Below, piece after piece: positions 63,452 to 64,000 of a stretch of DNA of 64,000 bases. The notes under the pieces are model-generated. The model did not search any database, had not been told where the DNA came from, and saw only the letters and a program-made list of their open reading frames with translations. Origin of the DNA: Callorhinchus milii (lineage: Eukaryota); assembly GCF_018977255.1 (NCBI RefSeq), contig NW_024704742.1:35590001-35654000 (forward strand). Reading direction: 5' to 3'. Within the stretch, counting starts at the first letter, position 1. The number at the start of each line of letters is the position of its first letter. The position numbers and the translations under genes were made by a program.

Positions 63452-63750
63452 CTATAAATTTAAACATTAACCAGTCAGTTATAAGCACAAAGGGAGCACA
63501 AATAACGGTTACCAACATCCAAACAATGCCAGTTAAGAATACACACATTGATAGTAATGTTATTTGTTCTTTGCCAGCCACCTTAGGTCAAAGTGTCCCA
63601 TTTACCACCATGATTATTATTATTATAGCTATAGTGGGCAGAGGCTATGACAACATATAACTTCAATGACAATAATTCAGTATCTCTTGTCAAAACTCCA
63701 AAATACCTATCAACCCATAAAATCTATATTATATATCCTTGCCCACTCAC

Positions 63751-64000
63751 CTTTCTTAGCTTGACAATGTCATGGTCCCATTAGATCAGGAACCATTAGG
63801 TTGCAAATAGAGAACAAGTGTTCTATAACTAGTGATATTGCAGCTACCTAGTTCTTCTGATTTTCTAAGTGAACATAACTTTTTAAATTTTGCACAGCCT
63901 AACATCTGCTTAAGGTAATTTCTAAATGTTGAGGTCTTTTCCTAGTGTAAAGGTAATTTACCTCTTCAGAAATGATATTAGATATGGGCTGGATATAGAC
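63751..64000 (-). pseudogene. Candidate decayed upstream exon (runs off the window)
   Basis: Consensus donor AAG|GTGAGT at 63750. VYIQPISNIISEEVNYLYTRKRPQHLEITLSRC*AVQNLKSYVHLENQKN*VAAISLVIEHLFSICNLMVPDL, then a 1-nt frameshift near 63781 to WDHDIVKLRK. Confidence 0.35.

Noticed and set aside
26073..64000. FGF5 exons expected from human synteny
   Set aside because: No FGF-like peptide found in the ORF track or by eye.

Overview
Vertebrate genomic DNA, most likely a cartilaginous fish (inferred from SacSINE1/DeuSINE-type SINEs and L2/CR1/Tx1 LINE content). It holds one intact gene: PRDM8 on the + strand, with three coding exons (22584-22805, 23734-23965, 24802-26072; 574 aa). PRDM8 sits in a ~20 kb transposon-poor, CpG-retaining domain with large G/T-rich arrays upstream. 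Both flanks are dense in L2 LINE fragments, tRNA-derived SINEs and CR1 fragments, plus a Tx1-clade LINE, a solo LTR, a hAT MITE and a pogo-like relic. The main unexplained signal is at the right end: a spliced minus-strand gene convergent on PRDM8 that I cannot name. Its last two coding segments (63134-62897 and 59750-59505) join in frame and look like a degenerate FHA-type domain. Its upstream part carries TAG stops, a frameshift and a SINE apparently inserted into coding sequence. Repeat boundaries were read by eye and are approximate unless a TSD or terminal repeat is given. No database searches were run.
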